A stretch of 64,000 nucleotides of DNA from Betaproteobacteria bacterium (GTDB lineage Bacteria; Pseudomonadota; Gammaproteobacteria; Burkholderiales; JAHFQX01), in NCBI GenBank assembly GCA_023259135.1, contig JAHFQX010000007.1:7529-71528 (forward strand). Reading direction: 5' to 3'. The position numbers and the translations under genes were made by a program. Every line of letters begins with the position of its first letter. The first letter of the stretch is position 1. Positions 1 to 9,789 of this stretch are shown here, one piece after another. The notes below the pieces were generated by a model. The model had not been told where the DNA came from, ran no database searches, and saw only the letters and a list, made by a program, of their open reading frames with translations.

Positions 1-635
1 CTGCTTTCCTGATAGATCAGGAAGGGACCTTTTTGCTGGTGGGAGGCGTTTTCAATGGCGCTCCAAAGCTGCAAAAGATAGCTCAAGTCCCATTGCAACT
101 CTTCCAAGCTGCGGCCAATGCCCGCGGTTCGGGCAATGACGCTCATGCCGGAGGGGACATCCAGTTGGGTAACCAGATCCCGCAACTCATTGCGTTCCTC
201 GCCTTCCACCCGGCGAGAAACCCCGCCTCCCCGTGGATTGTTGGGCATCAAGACCAAATAACGGCCGGCGAGGCTGACGAAAGTGGTGAGCGCCGCTCCT
301 TTGGTGCCTCGTTCGTCCTTCTCGACTTGGACAATGAGTTCCTGCCCTTCCTCCAGAACATCCTGGATGCGGGCACGGGAAAGATCTCCATGACCGCTTT
401 TGAAGTAGCTACGCGCCACTTCCTTAAAAGGCAGGAAACCGTGGCGGTCGGTGCCATAATCGACGAAAGCGGCTTCGAGACTAGGCTCGATGCGGGTGAT
501 CACCCCCTTGTAGATATTGCTTTTGCGTTGTTCCTTGCCTGAGTGCTCGATATCTAAATCGATAAGTTTTTGACCATCTACTATAGCAACTCGCAGCTCT
601 TCGGGCTGGGTCGCGTTAAACAAAATGCGTTTCAT
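1..635 (-). CDS. rne: Ribonuclease E, N-terminal part (gene continues beyond the left edge of the window)
   Basis: Own translation of the minus strand from ATG 635-633: [72 protein letters not shown]...[22 protein letters not shown], i.e. the S1 domain and catalytic N-terminus of RNase E/G. Missing from the ORF track because no stop lies inside the window; track ORF 33..542 (+) is its antisense shadow. Divergent from rluC as in E. coli. Confidence 0.9.
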   Translation of the reverse strand, partial: MKRILFNATQPEELRVAIVDGQKLIDLDIEHSGKEQRKSNIYKGVITRIEPSLEAAFVDYGTDRHGFLPFKEVARSYFKSGHGDLSRARIQDVLEEGQELIVQVEKDERGTKGAALTTFVSLAGRYLVLMPNNPRGGGVSRRVEGEERNELRDLVTQLDVPSGMSVIARTAGIGRSLEELQWDLSYLLQLWSAIENASHQQKGPFLIYQES

Positions 636-1134
636 CCAAATTCGCTCCCGCGCTCATTGAAACGGGGAGGCCACCAGGACGGCAGTCCATGGTGGGTAGA
701 CTGGGGCTCAGCTTAGATCATATGCGATTTGCTGACTCTGGTCTGTGCCATTGAGAGAACGGTCCATATGGGTTTCGTTACTTTCGGTTCAGGTCCGATG
801 CGAAACCCGGAAACCTCCACGGTGCTTTGAGCGCGTTTATCTATTAACATTGAGTCACTGCTTTTGGGGCTGGTGAGTGAAAGTAACCAGTATGTAAGGT
901 GTGGCCCTGGGTTAGGGAAGGTCTGAATAAGTGGCTACGGCGCCGTACACGGTACTGGCTTCCTTGCCTGTCCATTATGATAGGCTTTGGTCACTGCTCG
1001 GCTTCGCGCCTCGCTCACTTTTCCAGGCCTTCCTTAGAGTGCTCGGAGCAATGCTCCCGCCATCTCTATCGGGTTTTCCCCATTTCCATTTAGGGGGGGC
1101 GAGTGCCAACAACCTCCCGGGTAGTATAAGGAAA
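636..1134. promoter_or_regulatory. Divergent rne / rluC control region, probably holding a long rne 5' leader
   Basis: About 500 nt without a convincing ORF between divergent rne (start 635) and rluC (start 1135). E. coli rne is known to carry a long structured autoregulatory leader. No specific motif could be verified here by eye. Confidence 0.3.
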
Positions 1135-2118
1135 ATGAAAGATTTAGGCAAAGTTTCCGTGACTTGGATTACCGTCGGCAAGGAAGTCGAGACCCAACGG
1201 CTCGACAACTTTCTCGTTAAAACCCTCAAGGGGGTCCCCAAAAGCCGGATTTACCGCATGGTTCAAGGAGGAGAGGCACGGGTCAACAGCCGCCGGGTCG
1301 AACCCGGCTATCGTCTCCAGGCGGGAGACAAAATCCGCATCCCTCCGGTACGGACGGCGAGTCCAGCCAAGGTTTCAGCCCCATCTGCCAAAGCGCTCCA
1401 ATTCGCCCCTCTAATTCAGATCCTGCTGGAAGATGACGGCCTGTTGGTCGTGGACAAACCCGCGGGAATCGCGGTCCATGGGGGGAGCGGTATTAGTTGG
1501 GGGGTAATTGAATTGCTACGGGCCCAGCGCCCCGCGGCGGATTTTCTCGAGCTGGTCCACCGGCTGGACCGGGATACCTCCGGAATACTGCTACTCGCCA
1601 AGAAGCGTTCCGTACTGACCGTCCTGCATCGGCAATTGCGGGAAGGAGAGGTGGACAAGCGTTATTGGGTGCTTGTCCAGGGCCATTGGAGCGGGGGGAA
1701 AAAAGTAGTGGAAGCTCCTTTGCACAAGTATGTCACGGCCAGCGGGGAACGCAGGGTATCGGTCCATGCCGAGGGGCGGCCCTGCAGGACAGTGTTTCGG
1801 CCTTTACGACGGTGGCGGGGCTGCGCTTTGCTGGAAGCGGAGTTGGGTACCGGCCGCACCCATCAAATTCGGGTTCATCTGAATCATCTCGGACACCCTA
1901 TTGCAGGGGACGGGAAGTATGGGGATTTTGCCTGGAACCGGGAATTGGCGAAGCAAGGTCTCGGGCGGATGTTTCTGCACGCCAAGTCCATGACTTTTTG
2001 TCATCCCCAGACAGGAATCGAGACCAAGGTCGAAGCGCCGCTACCGGAGGAGTTGGAGGTTTTTTTGACGGCCCTCCTTCCCATTGCCAGCCCTAAAGTT
2101 AAAACCGGAGTTCATTAA
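1135..2118 (+). CDS. rluC: 23S rRNA pseudouridine synthase, RluC-like (RluA family with S4 domain)
   Basis: Track ORF 931..2118 trimmed to ATG 1135 (MKDLGKVSVTWITVGKEVETQRLDNFLVK = S4 RNA-binding domain). RluA-family core LLVVDKPAGIAVHGG, catalytic Asp box HRLDRDTSGILLLAK, GRTHQIRVHL. Position opposite rne matches enterobacterial synteny. Confidence 0.85.
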   Translation: MKDLGKVSVTWITVGKEVETQRLDNFLVKTLKGVPKSRIYRMVQGGEARVNSRRVEPGYRLQAGDKIRIPPVRTASPAKVSAPSAKALQFAPLIQILLEDDGLLVVDKPAGIAVHGGSGISWGVIELLRAQRPAADFLELVHRLDRDTSGILLLAKKRSVLTVLHRQLREGEVDKRYWVLVQGHWSGGKKVVEAPLHKYVTASGERRVSVHAEGRPCRTVFRPLRRWRGCALLEAELGTGRTHQIRVHLNHLGHPIAGDGKYGDFAWNRELAKQGLGRMFLHAKSMTFCHPQTGIETKVEAPLPEELEVFLTALLPIASPKVKTGVH

Positions 2119-2119
2119 C

Positions 2120-2776
2120 ATGCCGCAGCGCTTCCCGCTGGTGATATTCGACTGGGATGGAACCCTCATGGATTCCACAGGCCTTATTGCCCGCTCCTTG
2201 CAAGCGGCCTGCGGCGATCTGGGCCTGCCCATTCCCTCTGAGGACAAGGCAAAGCACATTATCGGTCTTGGATTGGGAGACGCTTTGCGCTATGCCGTTC
2301 CTAAATTGGAGCCCTCCGGCTACCGTGCCCTTGCCGAGCGTTACCGGAAGCATTTTCTCGCCGAGGATCAAAATTTGCCCCTGTTTCCGGGAGTACGCCA
2401 AGCACTTGAATCCCTTCGAGACATGGGCTTCACGCTGGCGGTGGCTACGGGCAAGAGCCGTTCCGGACTGCGCCGTGCAATGGAATCGACCGGGTTGGCG
2501 AATTTTTTCGAGGCTTCTCGGTGTGCCGACGAGACTTTTCCGAAACCTCACCCGGCAATGCTGGAAGAGTTGTTGGATGAACTGGCTATGAAAGTCGAAG
2601 ATGCCGTGATGGTGGGGGACACCACCCACGATTTGCAGTTGGCGGCCAATGCCGGCATGGCTGCCCTGGCGGTTTGTTATGGGGCGCATCCCCGCAGCGC
2701 TTTGGAACAGCACTCCCCCCTTGGGTATTTCGAAGATTTTTCGTCTCTGGCGGCATGGCTGCGAACCCACGGCTGA
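2120..2776 (+). CDS. HAD-superfamily hydrolase, subfamily IA (phosphoglycolate phosphatase-like)
   Basis: Track ORF 2084..2776 trimmed to ATG 2120, directly after the rluC stop. HAD motif I VIFDWDGTLMDS, motif II AVATGKS, FPKPHP, motif IV MVGDTTHD. Confidence 0.8.
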   Translation: MPQRFPLVIFDWDGTLMDSTGLIARSLQAACGDLGLPIPSEDKAKHIIGLGLGDALRYAVPKLEPSGYRALAERYRKHFLAEDQNLPLFPGVRQALESLRDMGFTLAVATGKSRSGLRRAMESTGLANFFEASRCADETFPKPHPAMLEELLDELAMKVEDAVMVGDTTHDLQLAANAGMAALAVCYGAHPRSALEQHSPLGYFEDFSSLAAWLRTHG

Positions 2777-3129
2777 TCGGGGACGGCGCCCATCTTCAGG
2801 AGGGCGGGAAGGGACTGGAGTTCGGGGTGAAATATCGAGGAAAGCCGGAGCGGGCTTTTGCCATTCGGCACCGGGGTCGGGTCTACGCTTATCTTAATCG
2901 TTGCGCCCACCGGCCCATGAATCTGGATTGGCGCCCTGGTGAATTCTTCGATATTTCCGGGTTATACTTGATCTGCGCCACCCACGGAGCCCTTTATGCC
3001 CCGGACACGGGACGCTGCATCGGCGGCCCTTGCCAGGGGAGAAAATTGATTTATGTCCCGGTGCAAGAACAAGATGGAAAAATTTTCCTGCTGCCCAACC
3101 CCGATTTTCTGATGGCCGACTCGCAATAA
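2755..3129 (+). CDS. Small Rieske [2Fe-2S] domain protein
   Basis: Track ORF 2674..3129; first ATG is 2755 (22-nt overlap with the HAD gene). Rieske ligand boxes CAHRP (C-x-H) and CATHGALY (C-x-x-H), followed by GRCIGGPC. Confidence 0.7.
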   Translation: MAANPRLIGDGAHLQEGGKGLEFGVKYRGKPERAFAIRHRGRVYAYLNRCAHRPMNLDWRPGEFFDISGLYLICATHGALYAPDTGRCIGGPCQGRKLIYVPVQEQDGKIFLLPNPDFLMADSQ

Positions 3130-4079
3130 TGGAATCTCCTCAACCCGAAGAACAACAGTGGGAACGCCGATTGCTGGAAAAGCTGGCCACCTCCGCCTTG
3201 GAGGAGCAGCGCAAAGCCCGGCATTGGGGAATTTTCTTTAAGTCCCTGACTTTAATTTATTTTTTTGCTTTGTTGTTTTTGACCCTGGGGTGGTTGAATT
3301 GGAAGGAAGTCCCAATCCCTGGAAAACATACGGCGTTGGTGGAACTCACCGGGATCATCGCTTCTGACGGCGCTGCCAGCGCCGATCAAATCAACCTGGG
3401 GCTTCAGGAGGCTTTTAAGGACAAAAACACTCAGGCGGTGGTCCTGCGCATCAACAGCCCAGGGGGCAGCCCTGTCCAGGCAGGCTATATCAACGATGAG
3501 ATCCGCCGATTGCGTGGCTTGCATCCGAATATCCCGCTGTACGCCGTAGTGGAGGACGTCTGCGCTTCCGGCGGCTATTACGTTGCTGCCGCCGCCGACA
3601 AGATTTTCGTGGATAAAGCCAGCATGGTGGGGTCCATTGGGGTGCTGATGGACGGCTTTGGGTTTGTCGGGGCCATGGAAAAACTGGGTATCGAACGACG
3701 TCTGCTCACCGCTGGAGAAAACAAGGGATTCCTCGACCCCTTCGGGCCCTTGGCTCCGGCCCAAAAAGCCTACGCCGAGCAGATGCTCCGAGATATTCAC
3801 CAGCAGTTTATCCAAGTGGTCCGCCAAGGGCGCGGCAACCGCCTCAAAGAGACTCCGGACACATTCAGCGGCCTGATCTGGACCGGCGAAAAGAGCATTG
3901 AACTCGGCCTTGCCGATGCCTTGGGGAGCGTGGATTACGTTGCTCGGGAGGTGGTGAAGGCCAAGGATATCGTGGATTTCACTCCACGGGAGAATCTCGC
4001 GGAACGCTTTGCCAAGCGCCTAGGGGCAGGAGTTGCCGAGAGTCTGTTGCGATTCTCTGGCGTCGGGACATTGCGTTAG
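3129..4079 (+). CDS. S49-family signal peptide peptidase (SppA 36K type / SohB-like)
   Basis: Track ORF 3030..4079 trimmed to ATG 3129 (overlaps the Rieske stop by 1 nt). N-terminal TM segment IFFKSLTLIYFFALLFLTLGWL, then S49 motifs INSPGGS, CASGGYYVAAAADKIF, MVGSIGV. Confidence 0.8.
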   Translation: MESPQPEEQQWERRLLEKLATSALEEQRKARHWGIFFKSLTLIYFFALLFLTLGWLNWKEVPIPGKHTALVELTGIIASDGAASADQINLGLQEAFKDKNTQAVVLRINSPGGSPVQAGYINDEIRRLRGLHPNIPLYAVVEDVCASGGYYVAAAADKIFVDKASMVGSIGVLMDGFGFVGAMEKLGIERRLLTAGENKGFLDPFGPLAPAQKAYAEQMLRDIHQQFIQVVRQGRGNRLKETPDTFSGLIWTGEKSIELGLADALGSVDYVAREVVKAKDIVDFTPRENLAERFAKRLGAGVAESLLRFSGVGTLR

Positions 4080-4097
4080 ACCAATCCAGGCCCCGAG

Positions 4098-4685
4098 TTA
4101 ATCCAGCACCGAAACCGACTCCTGCCGCAACATCGCCACCAAGGCGATCAAAGGCAGGCCGATCAAGGCTGTGGGATCATCCCCTTGTATGCTCTGTATT
4201 AGGGCGATTCCCAAGCCTTCCGACTGGGCGCTGCCGGCACAGTGATAGGGTTGCTCTTTCTTCAGGTAGGCGTGAATTTCCTCGTCGGTGTAATCCCTGA
4301 AATGCACCACGGTGCTCACGACCCGAGACTGCATACGATCGGCGGCGGTATTCCATAATGCCAGCCCAGTATGGAACTGCACGGCCCGGCCTCGGGTCTT
4401 GCGCAGCTGACGCAGCGCATTTTCAAAAGTGTAAGGCTTGCCCAGTACTTCGTCATCGAGCATGGCGACTTGATCCGAACCAATCACCAGGCTTTCAGCT
4501 GCAACGACTTTGCAAGCACGGGCCTTGGCTTCCGCCAGGCGGGCCGCGGTATCGGATGAGGCCTCGCCGGGCAGGGGGGTTTCGTCGACCTCCGGAGCCC
4601 AGGTGGAGAAGGGGATGCACAGCCGCTCCAGTAATTTCTTGCGATAAACCGAAGATGAAGCCAGAATAAAAATAGGTTTGCCCAC
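4098..4685 (-). CDS. maf: Maf-family nucleoside triphosphate pyrophosphatase (YceF-like)
   Basis: 195-aa ORF; Maf signatures ILASSSVYRKKLLE, VIGSDQV, GKP, AGSAQSEGLG. Divergent from yceD-rpmF-plsX as yceF is in E. coli. Confidence 0.85.
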   Translation of the reverse strand: MGKPIFILASSSVYRKKLLERLCIPFSTWAPEVDETPLPGEASSDTAARLAEAKARACKVVAAESLVIGSDQVAMLDDEVLGKPYTFENALRQLRKTRGRAVQFHTGLALWNTAADRMQSRVVSTVVHFRDYTDEEIHAYLKKEQPYHCAGSAQSEGLGIALIQSIQGDDPTALIGLPLIALVAMLRQESVSVLD

Positions 4686-4784
4686 GCCGAGAAGCTCTAA
4701 AATAAAGCCGAATTACTTTCCCGTTTGGAAAGCGGAAGGTGGAGAAAGCCGGATCCCACCCCCGGGATTTTCTGGAAAACCGTT

Positions 4785-4813
4785 TTGACACGGACTGTTA
4801 GAAATAATATCAT
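4785..4813 (+). promoter_or_regulatory. Near-consensus sigma70 promoter in front of yceD-rpmF-plsX
   Basis: TTGACA (4785-4790), 17-nt spacer cggactgttagaaataa, TATCAT (4808-4813), read directly from the sequence. The yceD ATG is at 4823, only about 10 nt after the -10 box. Confidence 0.5.
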
Positions 4814-4822
4814 GCGCCGCTT

Positions 4823-5314
4823 ATGTTCGAACAGGCGGTTATCGACAGTCCGGATTTTGCCCGTAAGGGTCTCCAGATGGCCTTGCGGGTGCCGGTTGCC
4901 CAATTTACCCGGCTCCAGGAGGCCCTGAAGGAATCCACCGGCGAACTGGATTTCGTTTTATCCGGTTTCGTGGATCCCCAAGAAGGTACAATGTTGCGGC
5001 TTTCGATCGCGGGCCAGTTACGGCTTGTCTGCCAGCGATGCTTGGGTCCAGTGGATCACTCCTTGGCCCTTAACCGGCAGTTCGTGCTGTATGCCGAAGA
5101 AAATCAGTTAGGTGACTTGGCCGAGGAAAACCCCGAAGTCGATCACATCCTTGGCAGCCGGAATATGAATGTCCTGGATTTGGTCGAAGAAGAAGTTTTG
5201 CTGTCCTTGCCCCTGTTCCCGCGCCACGCCGAAGCCGCCTGCCGTTTGGCCAGCACCGAGGTGGCGGCAACCCATCGCCCGATGGCTGGGCTGAAGGAAT
5301 TGTGGGGCCGTTAA
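4823..5314 (+). CDS. yceD: YceD (DUF177) large-ribosomal-subunit accumulation protein
   Basis: 163-aa ORF directly upstream of rpmF. Cys pair CQRCLGPVDH and acidic C-terminal half (DLVEEEVLLSLPLFPRH) are typical of DUF177. Confidence 0.8.
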   Translation: MFEQAVIDSPDFARKGLQMALRVPVAQFTRLQEALKESTGELDFVLSGFVDPQEGTMLRLSIAGQLRLVCQRCLGPVDHSLALNRQFVLYAEENQLGDLAEENPEVDHILGSRNMNVLDLVEEEVLLSLPLFPRHAEAACRLASTEVAATHRPMAGLKELWGR

Positions 5315-5350
5315 TAGATCGTTGTTATTCGAATTGAGGGGTTTTCCGAT

Positions 5351-5530
5351 ATGGCTGTTCAGCAAAACAAAAAATCTCCTTCCAAGCGCGGAATGCGCCG
5401 GGCCCATGATTACTTAGTTAATCCGCCCCTGGCTATAGAGCCCCGCAGCGGGGAAGTTCATTTGCGCCATCATGTGACTCCCACCGGGTTCTATCGTGGC
5501 AAGAGAGTCATTGCTCCCAAAGGCGAATAA
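5351..5530 (+). CDS. rpmF: 50S ribosomal protein L32
   Basis: Not in the ORF track (59 aa). Own translation: [59 protein letters not shown]. Classic L32 N-terminus and position between yceD and plsX. Confidence 0.9.
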   Translation: MAVQQNKKSPSKRGMRRAHDYLVNPPLAIEPRSGEVHLRHHVTPTGFYRGKRVIAPKGE

Positions 5531-5613
5531 ACTTTCCTCCCGAATTTTGAATGCGGAAGCTCCCCCGGCTTCCCGCTAATTTGAATTCTTGTCGCCCTGC
5601 TGGCGGGCCCGGC

Positions 5614-6624
5614 ATGGAAATAACCGTCGCCGTCGATTGCATGGGAGGAGACCACGGTCCTCCCGTTACCGTCCCTGCGGCAGCCAAGCTGGCTCAGCGG
5701 ATTCCAGGCTGCCGTATCTTGCTGGTCGGCTTGGAGCCGGATGTGGCCGCCCAGTTGCGACGCATCCATGGCGACGTTTCCCGTTTATCCATTGTCCACG
5801 CGTCGGAAGTGGTGGAGATGGACGAATCCCCCGCGCTGGCGCTGAGATCAAAGAAAAATTCATCCATGCGCGTGGCGGTGGATCTGGTGCAAAGCGGAGC
5901 GGCGGATGCCTGCGTGAGCGCCGGCAATACCGGGGCCCTTATGGCCATCTCTCGATTCGTGCTCAAAACCCTGCCCGGCATCGAGCGGCCGGCCATCGCT
6001 TCGGCCTTACCTACCTTGCAAGGCCACACTTATGTGCTGGACTTGGGAGCCAATGTGGATTGCACGCCTTCCCAGTTGCTGCAATTTGGTTTGATGGGCT
6101 CCTCCCTGGTGAGCGCCGTGGACCATGTGAAGCGCCCGCGGGTCGGACTCCTCAATATCGGTGAGGAAGACATCAAGGGTAACGATACGGTCAAGCAGGC
6201 TGGCGAGTTATTCAAGGCCAGCGACCTTAACTATATCGGCAATGTGGAAGGCGACGATATCTATCTGGGAGGAGTGGATGTGGTGGTGTGCGACGGTTTC
6301 GTTGGTAACGTGGCCCTGAAAACATCCGAAGGATTGGCCCAAATGATTGCTACCTTGCTGCGCCAAGAATTCAGCCGTGGCTTATATTCCAGGTTGGCGG
6401 CGTTAATCGCCTTGCCCGTACTGCGGGCTTTCAAGAACAAGGTGGATCATCGACGCTACAATGGCGCCAGCCTCCTCGGGTTGCGAGGAATTGTCGTGAA
6501 AAGCCATGGTTCCGCTGATTCTTTTGCATTTCAATGGGCTATCGAGCGGGCTGCGGAGGAGGTGCGCAACGGCGTCCTGGAGCGCATCGGCGCCCGCTTG
6601 AGCAGTGAAAGGGAGGTGGCTTGA
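5614..6624 (+). CDS. plsX: Phosphate acyltransferase PlsX
   Basis: Track ORF 5551..6624 trimmed to ATG 5614 ([16 protein letters not shown]). Also [10 protein letters not shown] and VKSHGSADS. rpmF-plsX-fabH synteny. Confidence 0.9.
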   Translation: MEITVAVDCMGGDHGPPVTVPAAAKLAQRIPGCRILLVGLEPDVAAQLRRIHGDVSRLSIVHASEVVEMDESPALALRSKKNSSMRVAVDLVQSGAADACVSAGNTGALMAISRFVLKTLPGIERPAIASALPTLQGHTYVLDLGANVDCTPSQLLQFGLMGSSLVSAVDHVKRPRVGLLNIGEEDIKGNDTVKQAGELFKASDLNYIGNVEGDDIYLGGVDVVVCDGFVGNVALKTSEGLAQMIATLLRQEFSRGLYSRLAALIALPVLRAFKNKVDHRRYNGASLLGLRGIVVKSHGSADSFAFQWAIERAAEEVRNGVLERIGARLSSEREVA

Positions 6625-7580
6625 TGTATTCCCGCATCATCGGCACTGGTAGCTATCTGCCTGCCAAGCTTCTGACTAACCGGGATTTGGAAAGCGTGGT
6701 GGACACCACCGATGAATGGATCTACAGCCGCAGCGGAATACGGGAGCGGCACATCGCCGCCGATGACGAAAACGCCAGCGATCTGGCGGTGGCCGCGGCC
6801 CGAAAAGCCATGCAAGCTGCCGACGTCGGCCCCGAGGATATTGGGCTGATCGTGGTGGCCACGACCACTCCCGACATGATTTTTCCCAGCACCGCCTGCC
6901 TGGTTCAGCACAAACTCGGTATCAAGAATTGCCCCGCCTTCGATATGCAAGCGGTGTGCAGCGGATTCGTTTATGCCTTGGCAACCGCCGACAAGTTCTT
7001 GCGCTCCGGGGCGTGCCGACATGCCTTGGTGATTGGAGCCGAAATCTATTCCCGCATTCTGGACTGGAAGGACCGCTCTACTTGCGTGTTGTTCGGCGAC
7101 GGGGCGGGGGCCGTGGTGCTAGGCCTCAGCGATACCCCCGGCGTTCTATCCACTCATCTGCATGCCGACGGCAGCTATCACGAAGTTCTTTCAGTGCCTG
7201 GCTGCGTGTCACGAGGCGAAATCAAAGGGCACCCTTTCGTGGTCATGGAAGGCAGCGCGGTGTTCAAGTTTGCCGTTAAGGTGCTGGAGGAGGTCGCTTT
7301 GGAGGCCCTCGCTGCCAATGGCCTGTCTCCTCGCGAGGTGGACTGGTTGATTCCCCACCAAGCCAATATCCGGATTATCCAGGCTACCGCCAAAAAACTG
7401 GGGCTCGGGATGGACAAGGTCGTTGCCACCGTGGAACGACACGCCAATACCTCTGCCGCATCCATTCCCCTGGCGCTGGACGAGGCGGTGCGGGACGGCC
7501 GGATTCGGCCGGGGAATCTGGTTCTGTTGGAAGGAGTGGGGGGCGGTTTTACGTGGGGTGCAGCGCTGTTGCGCTGGTAA
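6624..7580 (+). CDS. fabH: 3-oxoacyl-ACP synthase III
   Basis: Track start 6621 is TTG; ATG 6624 follows a GGGAGG ribosome-binding site. Active-site Cys context [36 protein letters not shown]. Confidence 0.9.
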   Translation: MYSRIIGTGSYLPAKLLTNRDLESVVDTTDEWIYSRSGIRERHIAADDENASDLAVAAARKAMQAADVGPEDIGLIVVATTTPDMIFPSTACLVQHKLGIKNCPAFDMQAVCSGFVYALATADKFLRSGACRHALVIGAEIYSRILDWKDRSTCVLFGDGAGAVVLGLSDTPGVLSTHLHADGSYHEVLSVPGCVSRGEIKGHPFVVMEGSAVFKFAVKVLEEVALEALAANGLSPREVDWLIPHQANIRIIQATAKKLGLGMDKVVATVERHANTSAASIPLALDEAVRDGRIRPGNLVLLEGVGGGFTWGAALLRW

Positions 7581-7596
7581 TGAAAGGTTCAGTGGC

Positions 7597-8529
7597 ATGG
7601 ATTTCGCACTAGTTTTTCCCGGGCAGGGCTCTCAATCGGTGGGCATGATGGCCCCCTACGATTCACTGAATGAGGTTCGAAACACTTTCTCCCAGGCGTC
7701 GGAAGTGCTGGGTTTCGACCTGTGGGACATGGCCCAGCAAGGCCCTGCCGAGACGCTGAATCTAACCGTGAACACCCAGCCGTTGCTCTTAACCGCGGAA
7801 GTGGCAATTTACCGCGCTTGGCGAGCCGCCCACGGGCCGGAGCCCAAAGCCATGGCAGGCCATAGTCTGGGAGAGTACGCCGCTTTAGTGGCGGCCGAGG
7901 CCCTTTCTTTCCCTGATGCTCTGCGGACGGTCCGATTTCGTGCCGAAGCGATGCAGCGAGCGGTTCCAGAGGGTACGGGTAGCATGGCCGCGATCCTCGG
8001 GATGGATGACGAGAGGATTCGTCAGGTATGTCGGGATGCGGCCCAAGGAGAAGTGCTGGAGCCGGCTAATTTTAATTCGCCGGGACAGGTGGTGATCGCC
8101 GGCCACAAAGCAGCCGTCTCCCGAGGAGCGGCGCTGGCAACGGAAAGAGGGGCAAGGAAGGTGATGCCGGTCGCCATGAGCGTTCCTTCCCACTGTAGTC
8201 TGATGAAACCCGCCGCCGAAAAACTCCGGGACTTTATCGCGGAGATCAGAATCGACCGGCCGCGAATTTCAATCATTCATAATGCTGATTTGCGGGCCAT
8301 CACCGACCCGGCGGAAATCAAAGCAGCCTTAGTGCGGCAACTGTTCAGTCCGGTGCGTTGGGTGGATACGGTCAAAACTTTGACTGCTCAAGGGATTACT
8401 CATTTTATAGAGTCCGGCCCCGGCAAGATTCTGACCGGAATGAACAAGCGGATCGATGGGGTGCAACAAGCCATCGTTTTGAGCGATGCCGACGCTATCC
8501 GCCAGACCATCGCCCTGCTGGCTCAATAA
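7597..8529 (+). CDS. fabD: Malonyl-CoA:ACP transacylase
   Basis: Track ORF 7423..8529 trimmed to ATG 7597 (MDFALVFPGQGSQSVGMM). Active-site GHSLGEYAALV. Confidence 0.9.
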   Translation: MDFALVFPGQGSQSVGMMAPYDSLNEVRNTFSQASEVLGFDLWDMAQQGPAETLNLTVNTQPLLLTAEVAIYRAWRAAHGPEPKAMAGHSLGEYAALVAAEALSFPDALRTVRFRAEAMQRAVPEGTGSMAAILGMDDERIRQVCRDAAQGEVLEPANFNSPGQVVIAGHKAAVSRGAALATERGARKVMPVAMSVPSHCSLMKPAAEKLRDFIAEIRIDRPRISIIHNADLRAITDPAEIKAALVRQLFSPVRWVDTVKTLTAQGITHFIESGPGKILTGMNKRIDGVQQAIVLSDADAIRQTIALLAQ

Positions 8530-8541
8530 AGGAACTGGAGC

Positions 8542-9282
8542 ATGCTGAAAGAACAAATCGCTTTCGTCTCTGGCGCCAGCCGGGGGATCGGCCAGGCGAT
8601 TGCATTGGAATTGGGCCGGCAAGGAGCGGTAGTCGTGGGAACCGCTACCACTGATGCTGGAGCCGCAACCATCACTGCACGATTTCAGGAAGCCGGCGTC
8701 ACGGGAATCGGAATGATCCTCAATGTCAATGATTCCGGGCAGGTGGAACAAGTATTTTCCGCCGTGCAGCAGCAATTCGGACATGTGACCGTGCTGGTCA
8801 ACAACGCCGGCATTACTCGGGATAACCTATTGCTGCGCATGAAAGACGAGGAATGGGACGACATCATGGCCACCAACCTGAAGTCGGTATACCGGCTCAG
8901 CAAGCTGGTGCTGCGCTCCATGATGAAAGCCCGTCACGGCAGAATCATCAATATCACTTCGGTGGTAGGCAGCATGGGGAATGCCGGACAAAGCAATTAT
9001 GCCGCCGCCAAAGCCGGAATAATCGGGTTTAGCAAATCCCTGGCGCGGGAAGTGGGCAGCCGCAATATCACTGTCAATTGCGTCGCTCCGGGCTTCATCG
9101 ACACCGATATGACCCGAGACCTAGGCCAAGCTCAGCAGGAACAACTCCTCCAGCAGGTCCCCTTGGGACGGCTAGGGCAGCCCCAGGACGTCGCCGGGGC
9201 GGTCGCTTTTCTGGCGTCTCCGGCTGCCGGATACATTACCGGGGCCACGTTGCCCGTCAATGGAGGGTTGTATATGGAATGA
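8542..9282 (+). CDS. fabG: 3-oxoacyl-ACP reductase
   Basis: 246 aa. SDR motifs VSGASRGIG, NNAG, catalytic S...NYAAAKAG. Position between fabD and acpP. Confidence 0.9.
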   Translation: MLKEQIAFVSGASRGIGQAIALELGRQGAVVVGTATTDAGAATITARFQEAGVTGIGMILNVNDSGQVEQVFSAVQQQFGHVTVLVNNAGITRDNLLLRMKDEEWDDIMATNLKSVYRLSKLVLRSMMKARHGRIINITSVVGSMGNAGQSNYAAAKAGIIGFSKSLAREVGSRNITVNCVAPGFIDTDMTRDLGQAQQEQLLQQVPLGRLGQPQDVAGAVAFLASPAAGYITGATLPVNGGLYME

Positions 9283-9518
9283 TATAGACGCTAAGGAAGC
9301 CCTGAATTTTCCTGGCGACATATTACGGCCATATCAAATTTGGTAAAATGCATCCGCGGAGCAACTTCATCAGCGGAGTCTATGGACGCGGAGCAAGCGG
9401 CAGATGTATAGGCTCGGGGAGCCTCCAAAATGAATTATCTGGGGTCAGGCGCGCCGCCGTTCGATCCAAACGGCTTTCACATTCGATTCATTTGATAAAG
9501 AAAGGGAAGGGGGCATCG

Positions 9519-9755
9519 ATGGAAAATATCGAACAACGCGTTAAAAAAATCGTCGCGGAGCAATTGGGCGTTAGCGAGGCAGAAGTGAAGGCGGAATCTT
9601 CCTTCGTCAACGATTTGGGGGCCGATTCCCTGGATACCGTGGAGTTGGTGATGGCTCTCGAAGAAGAATTCGACTGCGAGATTCCCGACGAGGAGGCAGA
9701 AAAAATTACGACGGTTCAGCAAGCCATCGATTACGTCAAAGCGCTGGCTTCTTGA
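9519..9755 (+). CDS. acpP: Acyl carrier protein
   Basis: Track ORF 9348..9755 trimmed to ATG 9519 (preceded by AAGGGAAGGGGG). [18 protein letters not shown]...[19 protein letters not shown] contains the phosphopantetheine Ser motif DSLD. Confidence 0.95.
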   Translation: MENIEQRVKKIVAEQLGVSEAEVKAESSFVNDLGADSLDTVELVMALEEEFDCEIPDEEAEKITTVQQAIDYVKALAS

Positions 9756-9789
9756 GTTTCTTGTCGAATCGCCAAGGGAAACCATATCC

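Noticed and set aside
9283-9518. Unusually long (236-nt) fabG-acpP spacer, considered for a riboswitch or sRNA
   Set aside because: I found only an extended -10-like TGgTAAAAT (9341..9349), consistent with the known internal acpP promoter. There is no recognisable structured element and the track ORF 9348..9755 has no protein-like N-terminus.
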